Part shown: in pieces, positions 18,590-26,412 of the stretch
Layout: each line of letters starts with the position of its first letter
Position numbering within the stretch: position 1 is the first letter of the stretch
Assembly (NCBI GenBank): GCA_033764015.1
Contig: JANRJK010000013.1
Coordinates: forward strand, 320,001-384,000
Reading direction: 5' to 3'
DNA length: 64,000 nucleotides
DNA from: Candidatus Sumerlaeia bacterium
GTDB taxonomy: Bacteria; Sumerlaeota; Sumerlaeia; SLMS01; JANRJK01
The notes under the pieces: model-generated
Told to the model about the DNA's origin: nothing
What the model saw: only the letters and a program-made list of their open reading frames with translations
The model's database searches: none
Translations under genes and position numbers: made by a program

Positions 18590-19050
18590 GGCTGACCCTC
18601 CTCGAAGACGGCGATGGTTGATACAGTCAACGACCGGTCGAACCGGGCCGGGAGCCCGGCGAACTCCGCCCCTCCCGCGATCCGGATCCGCGCCCCGCCC
18701 TCCGTCCGGAGGATGGAGAACGCCTCCACGTTCGGCACCAGCGCCTGCGACGCGCCCTCCGCGTCGCGCACCAGCAGCCCCCGCGCGTCCACGCTGTAGC
18801 GCACCCGCGCCCCGTCCGCGCGCTCCAGCTCGTGGCCCCCGTCCAGGGGCGAGACGCGCCGCGCGGCCCGCACGTCCGACACAAGCTGCGGCATCGCCAT
18901 CGCGAGCCCCGCCTCCTGCCCGTGGCGTTCGTCCGCGAGCCGCTGCTCGCGCATGGTGTGCGTTGTCGGGTACATCAGCGCCGCGCTGCTGATCGCCAGG
19001 ATTGCGACCACAATCAACAGCTCGATCAGGGTGAATCCGCGCTGCCTCAT
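18586..19050 (-). CDS. minor pilin/pseudopilin (GspJ-like)
   Basis: MRQRG|FTLIELLIVVAIL; QLVSDVRAA; VRYSVD..GLLVR. Confidence 0.8.
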   Translation of the reverse strand: MRQRGFTLIELLIVVAILAISSAALMYPTTHTMREQRLADERHGQEAGLAMAMPQLVSDVRAARRVSPLDGGHELERADGARVRYSVDARGLLVRDAEGASQALVPNVEAFSILRTEGGARIRIAGGAEFAGLPARFDRSLTVSTIAVFEEGQP

Positions 19051-19433
19051 CGCTCCGCCTCCTCGACCAGGGTTGCCACCGCGACCGGCGCCGGCGGGTC
19101 CGCCTCGACGCTCGAGGCCGCCACCCGGAGTTCGCGCAGGCCGCTCGCGTGCGGCTGCGCGGACGACTCGAGCACGAACACCACGGGGCCGTCCGGGAGC
19201 TCGCGGCGCCCGAGCGACGCGTCCAGCGCGTCCGGCGCAAGCGCCCGCAGCCGGTCCAGCTCCTCCGTCGCCAGCAGCGCCAGCTTCGCGCGCTGCGCCG
19301 CCGCGCCCGCCAGCCGGCGCGACTGGCCCAGCGCCGACGTCACGCCCACCACCAGCACCATCGACAGGAACATGAACAGGATCACCTCGATCAGCGTGAG
19401 GCCGCGCCTCGGATGGATGGCTCGCGGGTTCAT
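19047..19433 (-). CDS. minor pilin/pseudopilin (GspI/PilV-like)
   Basis: MNPRAIHPRRG|LTLIEVILFM; ALLATEELDRLRA; GLRELRV; ATGA overlaps on both sides. Confidence 0.75.
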   Translation of the reverse strand: MNPRAIHPRRGLTLIEVILFMFLSMVLVVGVTSALGQSRRLAGAAAQRAKLALLATEELDRLRALAPDALDASLGRRELPDGPVVFVLESSAQPHASGLRELRVAASSVEADPPAPVAVATLVEEAER

Positions 19434-20458
19434 CGCACCAGCCCCGGGATCCTGAAGAGTGGAAGGTACAGCGAAACGAGGATCACGGCGATGACTCCGC
19501 CGATCAGCAGCAGGAGCACCGGCTCGAACATGCCGGCGGCCCGTTCGCGCCGGATCTCGTAGTGCTCCTCGCAGTAGTCCGCGATGCTCTCGCACGCGCC
19601 GGCCAAGTCGCCGCGCTCCTCGCCCACGCGGTACAGGTAGGCCGCGGTGGTCGGCAGCGCGCGCTCGAAGGTCGGGGCGGTCGGCACGCCCCGCTCCGCG
19701 TCTTTCGCCATCTCGAACAGCATGATCCGCGTGGAGCGCCGGGGCAGCAGCGCCTCGACCGCGCGCAGCGCCGTCGGCAGCACCGCGCCGTGCTTGAGCA
19801 GCCGCGCAAGGCACCGCGAAACGATCATCGCCTCGCCGAGCCGCATCGTTTCGCCGTATCCCACCCGCGAGGCCACCGCCTCCGAAACCGTGTTGCGCAC
19901 GTTGTGGCTCGTGATCAGCAGCAGCACGAAGACCGCCGCCGCCAGCGAGACCGCGATTCCCGGCACCGAGCCCGCCAGCTTCATCGCGGCGCCCACCTGC
20001 TGCGTGAGCCAGGGCAGCTCCGCCCCCAACTGCCGGTAGATGTCGAAGAACGGCGGCAGCACCACGAAACTGATGAACTGCGTCACCACGAGCAGCACCA
20101 GGATCACGAGCGCCGGATACGTCACCGCCGTGGCGAACGTCTCGCGCAGCCGGTCCGCGACCGCCGCCTGGCGCCGCGCCGTGTCGAGGACCCCGTAAAG
20201 GTCGCCCGTCTGTTCGCCGCACTCGACGAGCGCGGCGATGTGCTCCGGCGCGGGGGGCGACGCCGCCCGCAGCGCCTGCGAAAGCGGCACCCCGCGCTCC
20301 GTCTCCGCCGCGGCCGCCGACGCGAGCGCGGCCACTCCGCCCTCCCCGCGCCCCGCCACCGCGCGGAGGCCCTCCGGCATCGGCACGCCCGCCTTCGCAA
20401 GCGCCGCCACCTCGTTCAGGAACCGCAGGCTTTCCCTCGACGTCAGTTTCCCGGGCAT
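19430..20458 (-). CDS. T2SS-F/PilC family platform protein
   Basis: LAKAGVPMPEGL, GVPLSQAL, GEQTGDL, TYP, VLPPFFDIY..LGAELPWLT, GEERGDL, EP, LYLPLF. Confidence 0.9.
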   Translation of the reverse strand: MPGKLTSRESLRFLNEVAALAKAGVPMPEGLRAVAGRGEGGVAALASAAAAETERGVPLSQALRAASPPAPEHIAALVECGEQTGDLYGVLDTARRQAAVADRLRETFATAVTYPALVILVLLVVTQFISFVVLPPFFDIYRQLGAELPWLTQQVGAAMKLAGSVPGIAVSLAAAVFVLLLITSHNVRNTVSEAVASRVGYGETMRLGEAMIVSRCLARLLKHGAVLPTALRAVEALLPRRSTRIMLFEMAKDAERGVPTAPTFERALPTTAAYLYRVGEERGDLAGACESIADYCEEHYEIRRERAAGMFEPVLLLLIGGVIAVILVSLYLPLFRIPGLVR

Positions 20459-20477
20459 GGCTGCCCTCCTTTCGCGG

Positions 20478-22007
20478 TCAGTTGTTTCCCTGCGCCATGA
20501 CGGCCAGGGGCAGTTGGAACAGCGGCAGGTACAGGGCGATCACCAGCAGCCCGACGATGCAGGCGACCACCGCGAGCGTCAGCAGCTCGACCAGCTTGCG
20601 GGCGCGCGCCGCGCTCGCGGCCGCCTCGAAGCGCAAGTCCACCGCGTAGTGCGCGAGCAGCTCGCGGCACGCGGGCGACTCGATCGCCGACGCGACGGCG
20701 CCATCCATCGCGGCGCCGAAAAGCGGCCCCCCCGCGAGCGCCTCCCGCAGCGGAACGCCGCGCGCCACGCGCTCCGCGAGCCGCACCGAACGGTCGCGCC
20801 AAACGCCCGCGACGGTGAGGGTCGCCAGCGCGAGCGCCTCGCCCTCCGGCATCCGCCGTTCCACCGCCAGCGCGAGCGCCTGCGTCCAGCGGGCGGCCGC
20901 GTCCAGCCGCCGCGAGCGCTCGACCTCCGGCGCCACCAGGCGCGTCATCGGGCGCGTGACCCGCGTCAGTATCTCTTCGCCCGCCAGGATCGCCTGCTGG
21001 AACACGCGCAGCAGGAACGGAACCGCCGCCGCGGACATCAGGACCGCCACGCAAATCAGCGTCGGGAGCAGCCACCACGGGGTCGCGCTGGTCACTCCGA
21101 CCACAATCGTGCGGTGGAACAGCAGCAGGAGCGGCACTAGCACGAGCCCCCCCATCCACAGCGCCGCCACCTGCAGCGAGAGGCGCGTGCCGTTCGCGAA
21201 CGGCCCGATCACCGAAACCAGCATCGGCACCAGCACCAGCAGCACGACCGCCATGCGCAGCGCCGCCACCAGCAGCGGGTTCATCGAGTCGAGCAGTGCG
21301 CCCGCCTCGAACACGAACCGCGTCAGCGGTGGCAGTTCCACGCCGAGCTGGACGAAGATGTCCACGTACTTCGGCAGGACCTTGAACATCAGGAAGGCGC
21401 CGATCAGGATCGCGATCACCAGGTAGAACAGGTAGAAGCGGATCGGTTGCAGCGCGTGCAGCATCGGCGTCCGCAGGTCCCGCGACAGCTCGCGCAGCGT
21501 GGCGGGCAAGGTGCCGAGCGACTCCGCCGCCTCGACTAGCCGCATCTCCGATCCGGTGAAGCCGGTGGGCTCCGCGGCCATCGCGCGCGAGAGCGGCAGG
21601 CCCCGCTCGACCCCGCGGAGGAGGTTTCGCGCCATCAGCCGCGCCACGCGCTCGGGGCTCGAAAAGCGCCCCGCCAGCCCCACGTAGGCGAGCACCAGCA
21701 CCTGGACCAGCAGCATCGACAGGAACATGGCGAAGGCGACCAGGCCCGCCCAGGCGCGCCCCGCCGCGCCGGCCAGCGACACGTCCGGGGCCTTCCCCGC
21801 AGCGAGCCGCAGCGCATCGTCCAGCGCCACGCCGCGCCCCAGGCTCGACGCCAGCTCGGAGAACAGCAGCGCCTTCGCGGTGGTCATCACCTCCCGGTTC
21901 GCCATGTACACGCGGTTCCAGGCCGCGGCGTACCCGCGGAGGAACGGCACCGAGCCCAGGTCGAGATTGAACTTCTCCATGCCGAGGGAAGGACGTGGCC
22001 GGGTCAT
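20478..22007 (-). CDS. second T2SS-F/PilC family protein with extra transmembrane segments
   Basis: ELASSLGRGVALDDAL, VERGLPLSRAM, AESLGTL, VLPKYVDIF..LGVELPPLT, LYLPLFQL; additional hydrophobic helices. Confidence 0.8.
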   Translation of the reverse strand: MTRPRPSLGMEKFNLDLGSVPFLRGYAAAWNRVYMANREVMTTAKALLFSELASSLGRGVALDDALRLAAGKAPDVSLAGAAGRAWAGLVAFAMFLSMLLVQVLVLAYVGLAGRFSSPERVARLMARNLLRGVERGLPLSRAMAAEPTGFTGSEMRLVEAAESLGTLPATLRELSRDLRTPMLHALQPIRFYLFYLVIAILIGAFLMFKVLPKYVDIFVQLGVELPPLTRFVFEAGALLDSMNPLLVAALRMAVVLLVLVPMLVSVIGPFANGTRLSLQVAALWMGGLVLVPLLLLFHRTIVVGVTSATPWWLLPTLICVAVLMSAAAVPFLLRVFQQAILAGEEILTRVTRPMTRLVAPEVERSRRLDAAARWTQALALAVERRMPEGEALALATLTVAGVWRDRSVRLAERVARGVPLREALAGGPLFGAAMDGAVASAIESPACRELLAHYAVDLRFEAAASAARARKLVELLTLAVVACIVGLLVIALYLPLFQLPLAVMAQGNN

Positions 22008-23161
22008 CGCGCCGCCTCCTCCGCGAGCGGTTCCGCGTCCGCCCGCGCGATCGTCCCCGCGTCGGCGAGCCGCCGCGCGTCCTCCGCCAGGTCCCCGATG
22101 CGCGCCTCCGCCATGCGCGCGGCGAGAGACTCCTCCGCGCCACCCCGCAGGATCGCGGTCCTCAGCGCCTCCGACGCGAAGATGCCTTCAAAGACCGCCA
22201 CGCGCCCCGGGCCGTCCGCCCGCGGGAACAGCCGCTGCGCCATGGACGCCTCGAACGCCGACGCCAGCAGGTACGGCTCGACGCCCATCGCGAGCAGCCG
22301 GTGCGCCACGCGCTCCGCCCGCCCCGCGTGCAGCGTCGTCAGCACCAGGTGCCCCGTCACGCCGGCCTGCAGCGCGGTGCGCGCCGTCACGCGGTCGCGC
22401 GATTCGCCGACCAGGATCACGTCCGGGGCGTGGCGCAGCGCCGCCCGCAGCGCCGCCTCCCAGCCCAGCCCGCGCTCCTCGCGCACCGTCACCTGCGTCG
22501 CGTACGCGAGCTCGCGCTCGACCGGGTCCTCGACGGTGAGGAACGACCCGCCGCCGCGGATGTCGTTGAGATAGTCAAGCAACGCGTAGAGCGTCGTCGT
22601 CTTCCCGCTTCCCGCGGGCCCGGTGAGCAGCACCGCGCCCTCGCGCCGCGCGCAGGAGCGCTGCAGCCTCGCGAGCAGCTCCGGCGCCATCCCCAGCTCC
22701 GCGAGCCGCGGCCGCGCCAGGTCCCGCGCCGGGAACCGCACCGCGAGGTCCTCGCCGTGCAGCCCGGGAAGGAACGACGCGCGCAGGCGGCGGGGGGGCT
22801 CGCCCGCGAGCGGCTGCCAGGCGATGCCGCCCTCCTGCGCCTCCTCGCGCACATGCGCCGGCACCCGGGCCAGCACCTTGAAGCGCGCCAGCAGCAGTTG
22901 CCGCCGCGCCTCCGGGATGCAAGCAACCGCAAGGCGGTGCCCGTCCACCAGGCAGGCCGCCTCCGCGCCGCCCCGCGACTGCCTCAGGAAGAGGTCCGAG
23001 GCCCCTAGCCGTTCCGCTTCCGCGAGCAACAGGTCCGCTGCGAAAACGCCCCAGTCGTCGTCGTGCCCGAGCTGGTCCAGCGCCTCTTGGATCGTGGCGG
23101 GGACCGCTTTCGGCGGTGTCTCGGAGCGTGTGTTTCCCCACGCGCCCAGGCGGATGGCCAT
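22004..23161 (-). CDS. GspE/PulE/ComGA-type secretion or pilus ATPase (compact)
   Basis: ASDLF, GEDLAVR, Walker A GPAGSGKTTT, TVEDPVE, LRHAPDVILVGESRD, TGHLVLTTLHA, AQRL, GRVAVFE. Confidence 0.9.
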   Translation of the reverse strand: MAIRLGAWGNTRSETPPKAVPATIQEALDQLGHDDDWGVFAADLLLAEAERLGASDLFLRQSRGGAEAACLVDGHRLAVACIPEARRQLLLARFKVLARVPAHVREEAQEGGIAWQPLAGEPPRRLRASFLPGLHGEDLAVRFPARDLARPRLAELGMAPELLARLQRSCARREGAVLLTGPAGSGKTTTLYALLDYLNDIRGGGSFLTVEDPVERELAYATQVTVREERGLGWEAALRAALRHAPDVILVGESRDRVTARTALQAGVTGHLVLTTLHAGRAERVAHRLLAMGVEPYLLASAFEASMAQRLFPRADGPGRVAVFEGIFASEALRTAILRGGAEESLAARMAEARIGDLAEDARRLADAGTIARADAEPLAEEAAR

Positions 23162-23194
23162 GGCGGGACTCCTTTCCTTGCTGTTGTCGGAGGG

Positions 23195-24304
23195 TTACGC
23201 GGCGCGGGTCTCCACCACCGCCGCCGCGCGGTTCGTTGCGAAGACCGGATCTTCCAAACTCGAATTCATCGGCAGCATCACCGCCGCGAACAGCGCCGCG
23301 CCGGCCCAGAGCCCCCGCGCCTGCGCAGCGCCGGCGCGCACCGGGCGGATCGCTTCGCGGAGCCGCCGTTCGACGCGCGCGCCCGGGGCGCCCGTGAACG
23401 CCAACGCCCGCGCCGGCGCCGCCACCGTCTCCTCCAGCACCGCGAGGATCGTCCGCGCGTAGGCCGCCCGCTCCGCCAGCGTCGCGCCGGAGACCGCCGC
23501 GTCCACCGCCAGCTCCCGCTCCTCGTCGATCCGCTCCTGCGCCAGCCAAAGCAGCGGATGGAACCAGAACGGCGCCAGCGCCGCGCTCTGCAGCCAGCAC
23601 CAGGCGAGATCGCCGCGGCGCCAGTGCTCCAGCTCGTGCCGCAGCACCGCGAGCAGCTCGTCGCGCGTCAGCGAGCCCGGCAGGCCCGCGGGAAGCACGA
23701 TCGTCGGCCGCAGCAGCCCGCACAGGAACGGCGATCCCTCGATCGCGGCGAGCACCAGGCGCGGCTTCGGGCCGCCGCGCCCCGCCGCTTCCGCAAGCAG
23801 CGCCGCCAGCGGGCCGCTCTCCACCAGCCGGCCGGAGGCAACGACGCGCGACACGACGAGTTGCTGCTTAACGATCAGGTACAGCATCCTCACGACGCCC
23901 GCCGCCCACACCGCGAACAGCGCCGCGAGCAGCACCGCGACCGCCGACGCCGGCGGCTGCCAGCCCAACTCCTGCAGCGGCGTCGAAAGCACGCCGACTT
24001 CGGGCCCGAGGCCCACCGCGCCATGGTGCGCGCGCAGCGGGTCGGCGAAGAGCCGCAGCAACCCGACCGCATATCCCTCCGCCGGCTGCACCGCGGGCGC
24101 GGCGAGCGAGAACGGCGACGACAACGCCGGCGGCAGCAGCACCTTCACCGGCACCAGCATCCAAAGCGCGTGGCGCACCGTCGCCGGCATCCGCCGCAGC
24201 AGCGGCTCCGCCGCCCACAGCACGGCGAACAGCGCCGCCGCCTGGAGCGATGCGCGCAGCAGCCACTCCGCCCAAAGAAGGAGCCATCCGGGGGCCGCCG
24301 TCAT
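23195..24304 (-). CDS. M56 family (BlaR1/MecR1-like) membrane metallopeptidase without a C-terminal sensor domain
   Basis: RHALWMLVPVKVLLP, SPFLCGLLRPTIVLP, HELEHWRRGD, FWFHPLLW, ERELAVD, YARTIL. Confidence 0.9.
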   Translation of the reverse strand: MTAAPGWLLLWAEWLLRASLQAAALFAVLWAAEPLLRRMPATVRHALWMLVPVKVLLPPALSSPFSLAAPAVQPAEGYAVGLLRLFADPLRAHHGAVGLGPEVGVLSTPLQELGWQPPASAVAVLLAALFAVWAAGVVRMLYLIVKQQLVVSRVVASGRLVESGPLAALLAEAAGRGGPKPRLVLAAIEGSPFLCGLLRPTIVLPAGLPGSLTRDELLAVLRHELEHWRRGDLAWCWLQSAALAPFWFHPLLWLAQERIDEERELAVDAAVSGATLAERAAYARTILAVLEETVAAPARALAFTGAPGARVERRLREAIRPVRAGAAQARGLWAGAALFAAVMLPMNSSLEDPVFATNRAAAVVETRAA

Positions 24305-24720
24305 GGTTGCCGCTCCTCGCGCGCCGACTCCTCCAACTCATCGAGGAGGCCGCGCAGCCGTTGAATTTCCGACCGGTCCAGCTTGCCCGATTCGATGAAG
24401 GTGGCAATCGCCGGAAGCGCCTCGCCGCGGAAAACCCGCCCGAGGAACTCCTCCGACTCCGCGCGGGCCAACTGCTCCCGCCGCACCGCAGGGCGGTACA
24501 GGTAGGAGTTGCCGACCTGCTCGTAGTCTAATGCCCCCTTCGCCACCAAGCGCGACAGGAGCGTCTTCACCGTCTGGATCGTCCAGTCGCGCCCCGGACC
24601 CACCGCCGCGTGGACGTCGCGTGCCGCGAGAGCGCCGCGGGTCCACAGCACTTCCATCGTGTCCCATTCGGCGGGGGAGAGCGCCGGGAGCGGCTGGCCG
24701 GGATTAGGTGTTTCGGGCAT
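24301..24720 (-). CDS. BlaI/MecI/CopY family transcriptional repressor
   Basis: LSPAEWDTMEVLW, WTIQTVKTLLSRLVAKG, YLYRPAV, FLGRVFRG. Confidence 0.93.
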   Translation of the reverse strand: MPETPNPGQPLPALSPAEWDTMEVLWTRGALAARDVHAAVGPGRDWTIQTVKTLLSRLVAKGALDYEQVGNSYLYRPAVRREQLARAESEEFLGRVFRGEALPAIATFIESGKLDRSEIQRLRGLLDELEESAREERQP

Positions 24721-24747
24721 CGGAGCCCCTCGTGTTGAGGTGTGTAA

Positions 24748-24776
24748 CCATTAGACTACGACTGTAGTCGAGTCAA
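24748..24776 (-). promoter_or_regulatory. promoter of the blaI operon with a BlaI-type operator palindrome in the spacer
   Basis: Minus strand reads TTGACT-c-GACTACagtcGTAGTC-TAATGG. The inverted repeat at 24754-24769 resembles the TACA-NN-TGTA BlaI/MecI/CopY box. Confidence 0.75.
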
Positions 24777-24796
24777 CCCCCGTTTCGTCCATGGAC

Positions 24797-24830
24797 AAAA
24801 AAAAACGGGGCGCCCTTGCGGACGCCCCGT
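24797..24830 (-). terminator. rho-independent terminator after the DEAD-box helicase
   Basis: Minus strand acggggcgtcc-gcaa-gggcgccccgt followed by a long T run. Confidence 0.9.
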
Positions 24831-24868
24831 GCTCGTCATGATGCCCCGTTTGCGGGGAAGTCCTTCGA

Positions 24869-26077
24869 CTACTTCCAGCCGCGGGTGACGGTGATGCGGA
24901 AGCCCCCCGGCGGAGCGCGGCGCGCGCTCATGCCGGTCGGGCGGTACTCGTCCTCGAGGGACACCGCGCCATCCCACTCGACGCGCGGGATCTTCTTGCC
25001 GAGGTCGCGCTCGATGATGCGCAGCATCGCGAGGTCGTCCGGCGTGACGAAGGTGATCGCCTCGCCGGTGGCGGAGGCGCGGGCGGTGCGGCCGATGCGG
25101 TGGATGTAGTCCTCCGTCGTGGCCGGGATGTCGTAATTGATGACGTGCGCGATGCCCTTCACGTCGATGCCGCGCGCCGCGATGTCCGTGGCCACGAGGA
25201 TCTTGTGCTTGCCGGTGCGGAATCCGTCGAGGGCCCGCTGGCGCTGGCCCTGGGACAGGTCGCCGTGGATCGCCTCGGCGCGGACGCCGGCCTTGTCGAG
25301 CAGCTTGGCCACCTTGTCGGCGCCGCGCTTGGTGCGCACGAAGATCAGCGTCGTGCCCACGCCGTGCTGGCCGAGGAGGCGCAGCAGCAGTTCCTGCTTG
25401 CGGCCCACCCCGACGGCGAAGACCGCCTGCGTCACCGCGTCCGCGGGCTTCGTGACGTGGCCGATCTCGACACGCTCGGGGGATCGCATCATCGTCTGCG
25501 CCAAGTCCGTCAATTCGCGGGGGAACGTGGCCGAGAACATCATCGTCTGGCGGTCGGAGGGCAGCGCGCGGAGGATGCGGCGGATGTCGGGCAGGAAGCC
25601 CATGTCGAGCATCCGGTCCGCCTCGTCCATGACGAGGATCGAGACCTGGTTGAAGCGCGCGTTGCCGCGCTCCATGTGGTCGAGGAGGCGCCCCGGGCAT
25701 GCCACGACGATCGTGGCGCCCTGCTTCAGCGCCTTCGCCTGCGGCTCCATGCCGACGCCGCCGTAGACGCAAGCGGTGGTGAGCTTGAGGGCCTTGGCGA
25801 GCGGCTGGAGCACGTCGTGCACCTGCTGCGCCAGCTCGCGCGTCGGCGTCAGCACCAGCATACCGGTCGAGCCGGGCTTGAGCTGCGAAAGGCGTTCGAT
25901 GGAGGGGAGCCCGAAGGCGAGGGTCTTGCCGGTGCCCGTCTGGGCGGTGGCGACGAGGTCGGCGCCCGTGGCGGCGACCGGGATGGCCTTCGCCTGGACC
26001 GGCGTCGGCGTGGTGATGCCGCGCTCTGCGAGGAGCGCCAGCAGCCGGGGGTTCACCCCGAGTTGTTCAAACGTCAT
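24869..26077 (-). CDS. DEAD-box RNA helicase (RhlE-like)
   Basis: Q motif PTPVQ, AQTGTGKT, PTRELAQQ, DEAD, SAT, HGD..QGQR, ARGIDV, HRIGRTAR. Confidence 0.95.
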   Translation of the reverse strand: MTFEQLGVNPRLLALLAERGITTPTPVQAKAIPVAATGADLVATAQTGTGKTLAFGLPSIERLSQLKPGSTGMLVLTPTRELAQQVHDVLQPLAKALKLTTACVYGGVGMEPQAKALKQGATIVVACPGRLLDHMERGNARFNQVSILVMDEADRMLDMGFLPDIRRILRALPSDRQTMMFSATFPRELTDLAQTMMRSPERVEIGHVTKPADAVTQAVFAVGVGRKQELLLRLLGQHGVGTTLIFVRTKRGADKVAKLLDKAGVRAEAIHGDLSQGQRQRALDGFRTGKHKILVATDIAARGIDVKGIAHVINYDIPATTEDYIHRIGRTARASATGEAITFVTPDDLAMLRIIERDLGKKIPRVEWDGAVSLEDEYRPTGMSARRAPPGGFRITVTRGWK

Positions 26078-26350
26078 AAACACATCTTCCGTGTGCGTGG
26101 GTTCCATGTCCGCGGCGCGCGAATGCCCGCCGTCTCTGTCGGTTCGCTGCCGAACGGGCTGCCTGGGGCGCCGGGACGGAATCCAATGTGTCGGAGGAAA
26201 GCGATGCGTATGGCGCGGTGTTCGTTGCGTGGCGCCGGTACGGACAGAAAGACATCATGCGCGTGAGGGGGAGGGCACGACCGGCACGGTGGCAAGGACT
26301 TTCTTCGTCCGCCTTTTGGCCTCCCACCCCCGTCCGCACCGGAAGGACCG

Positions 26351-26379
26351 CGCCCCCGCCGGCGGAACCGGCGGGGGCG
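26351..26379 (-). terminator. hairpin downstream of the metallopeptidase gene
   Basis: cgcccccgccgg-cggaa-ccggcgggggcg, 12-bp stem. Confidence 0.55.
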
Positions 26380-26412
26380 AGGCGACACCTAGCGGCGTGG
26401 CAGCCGGCGTGG

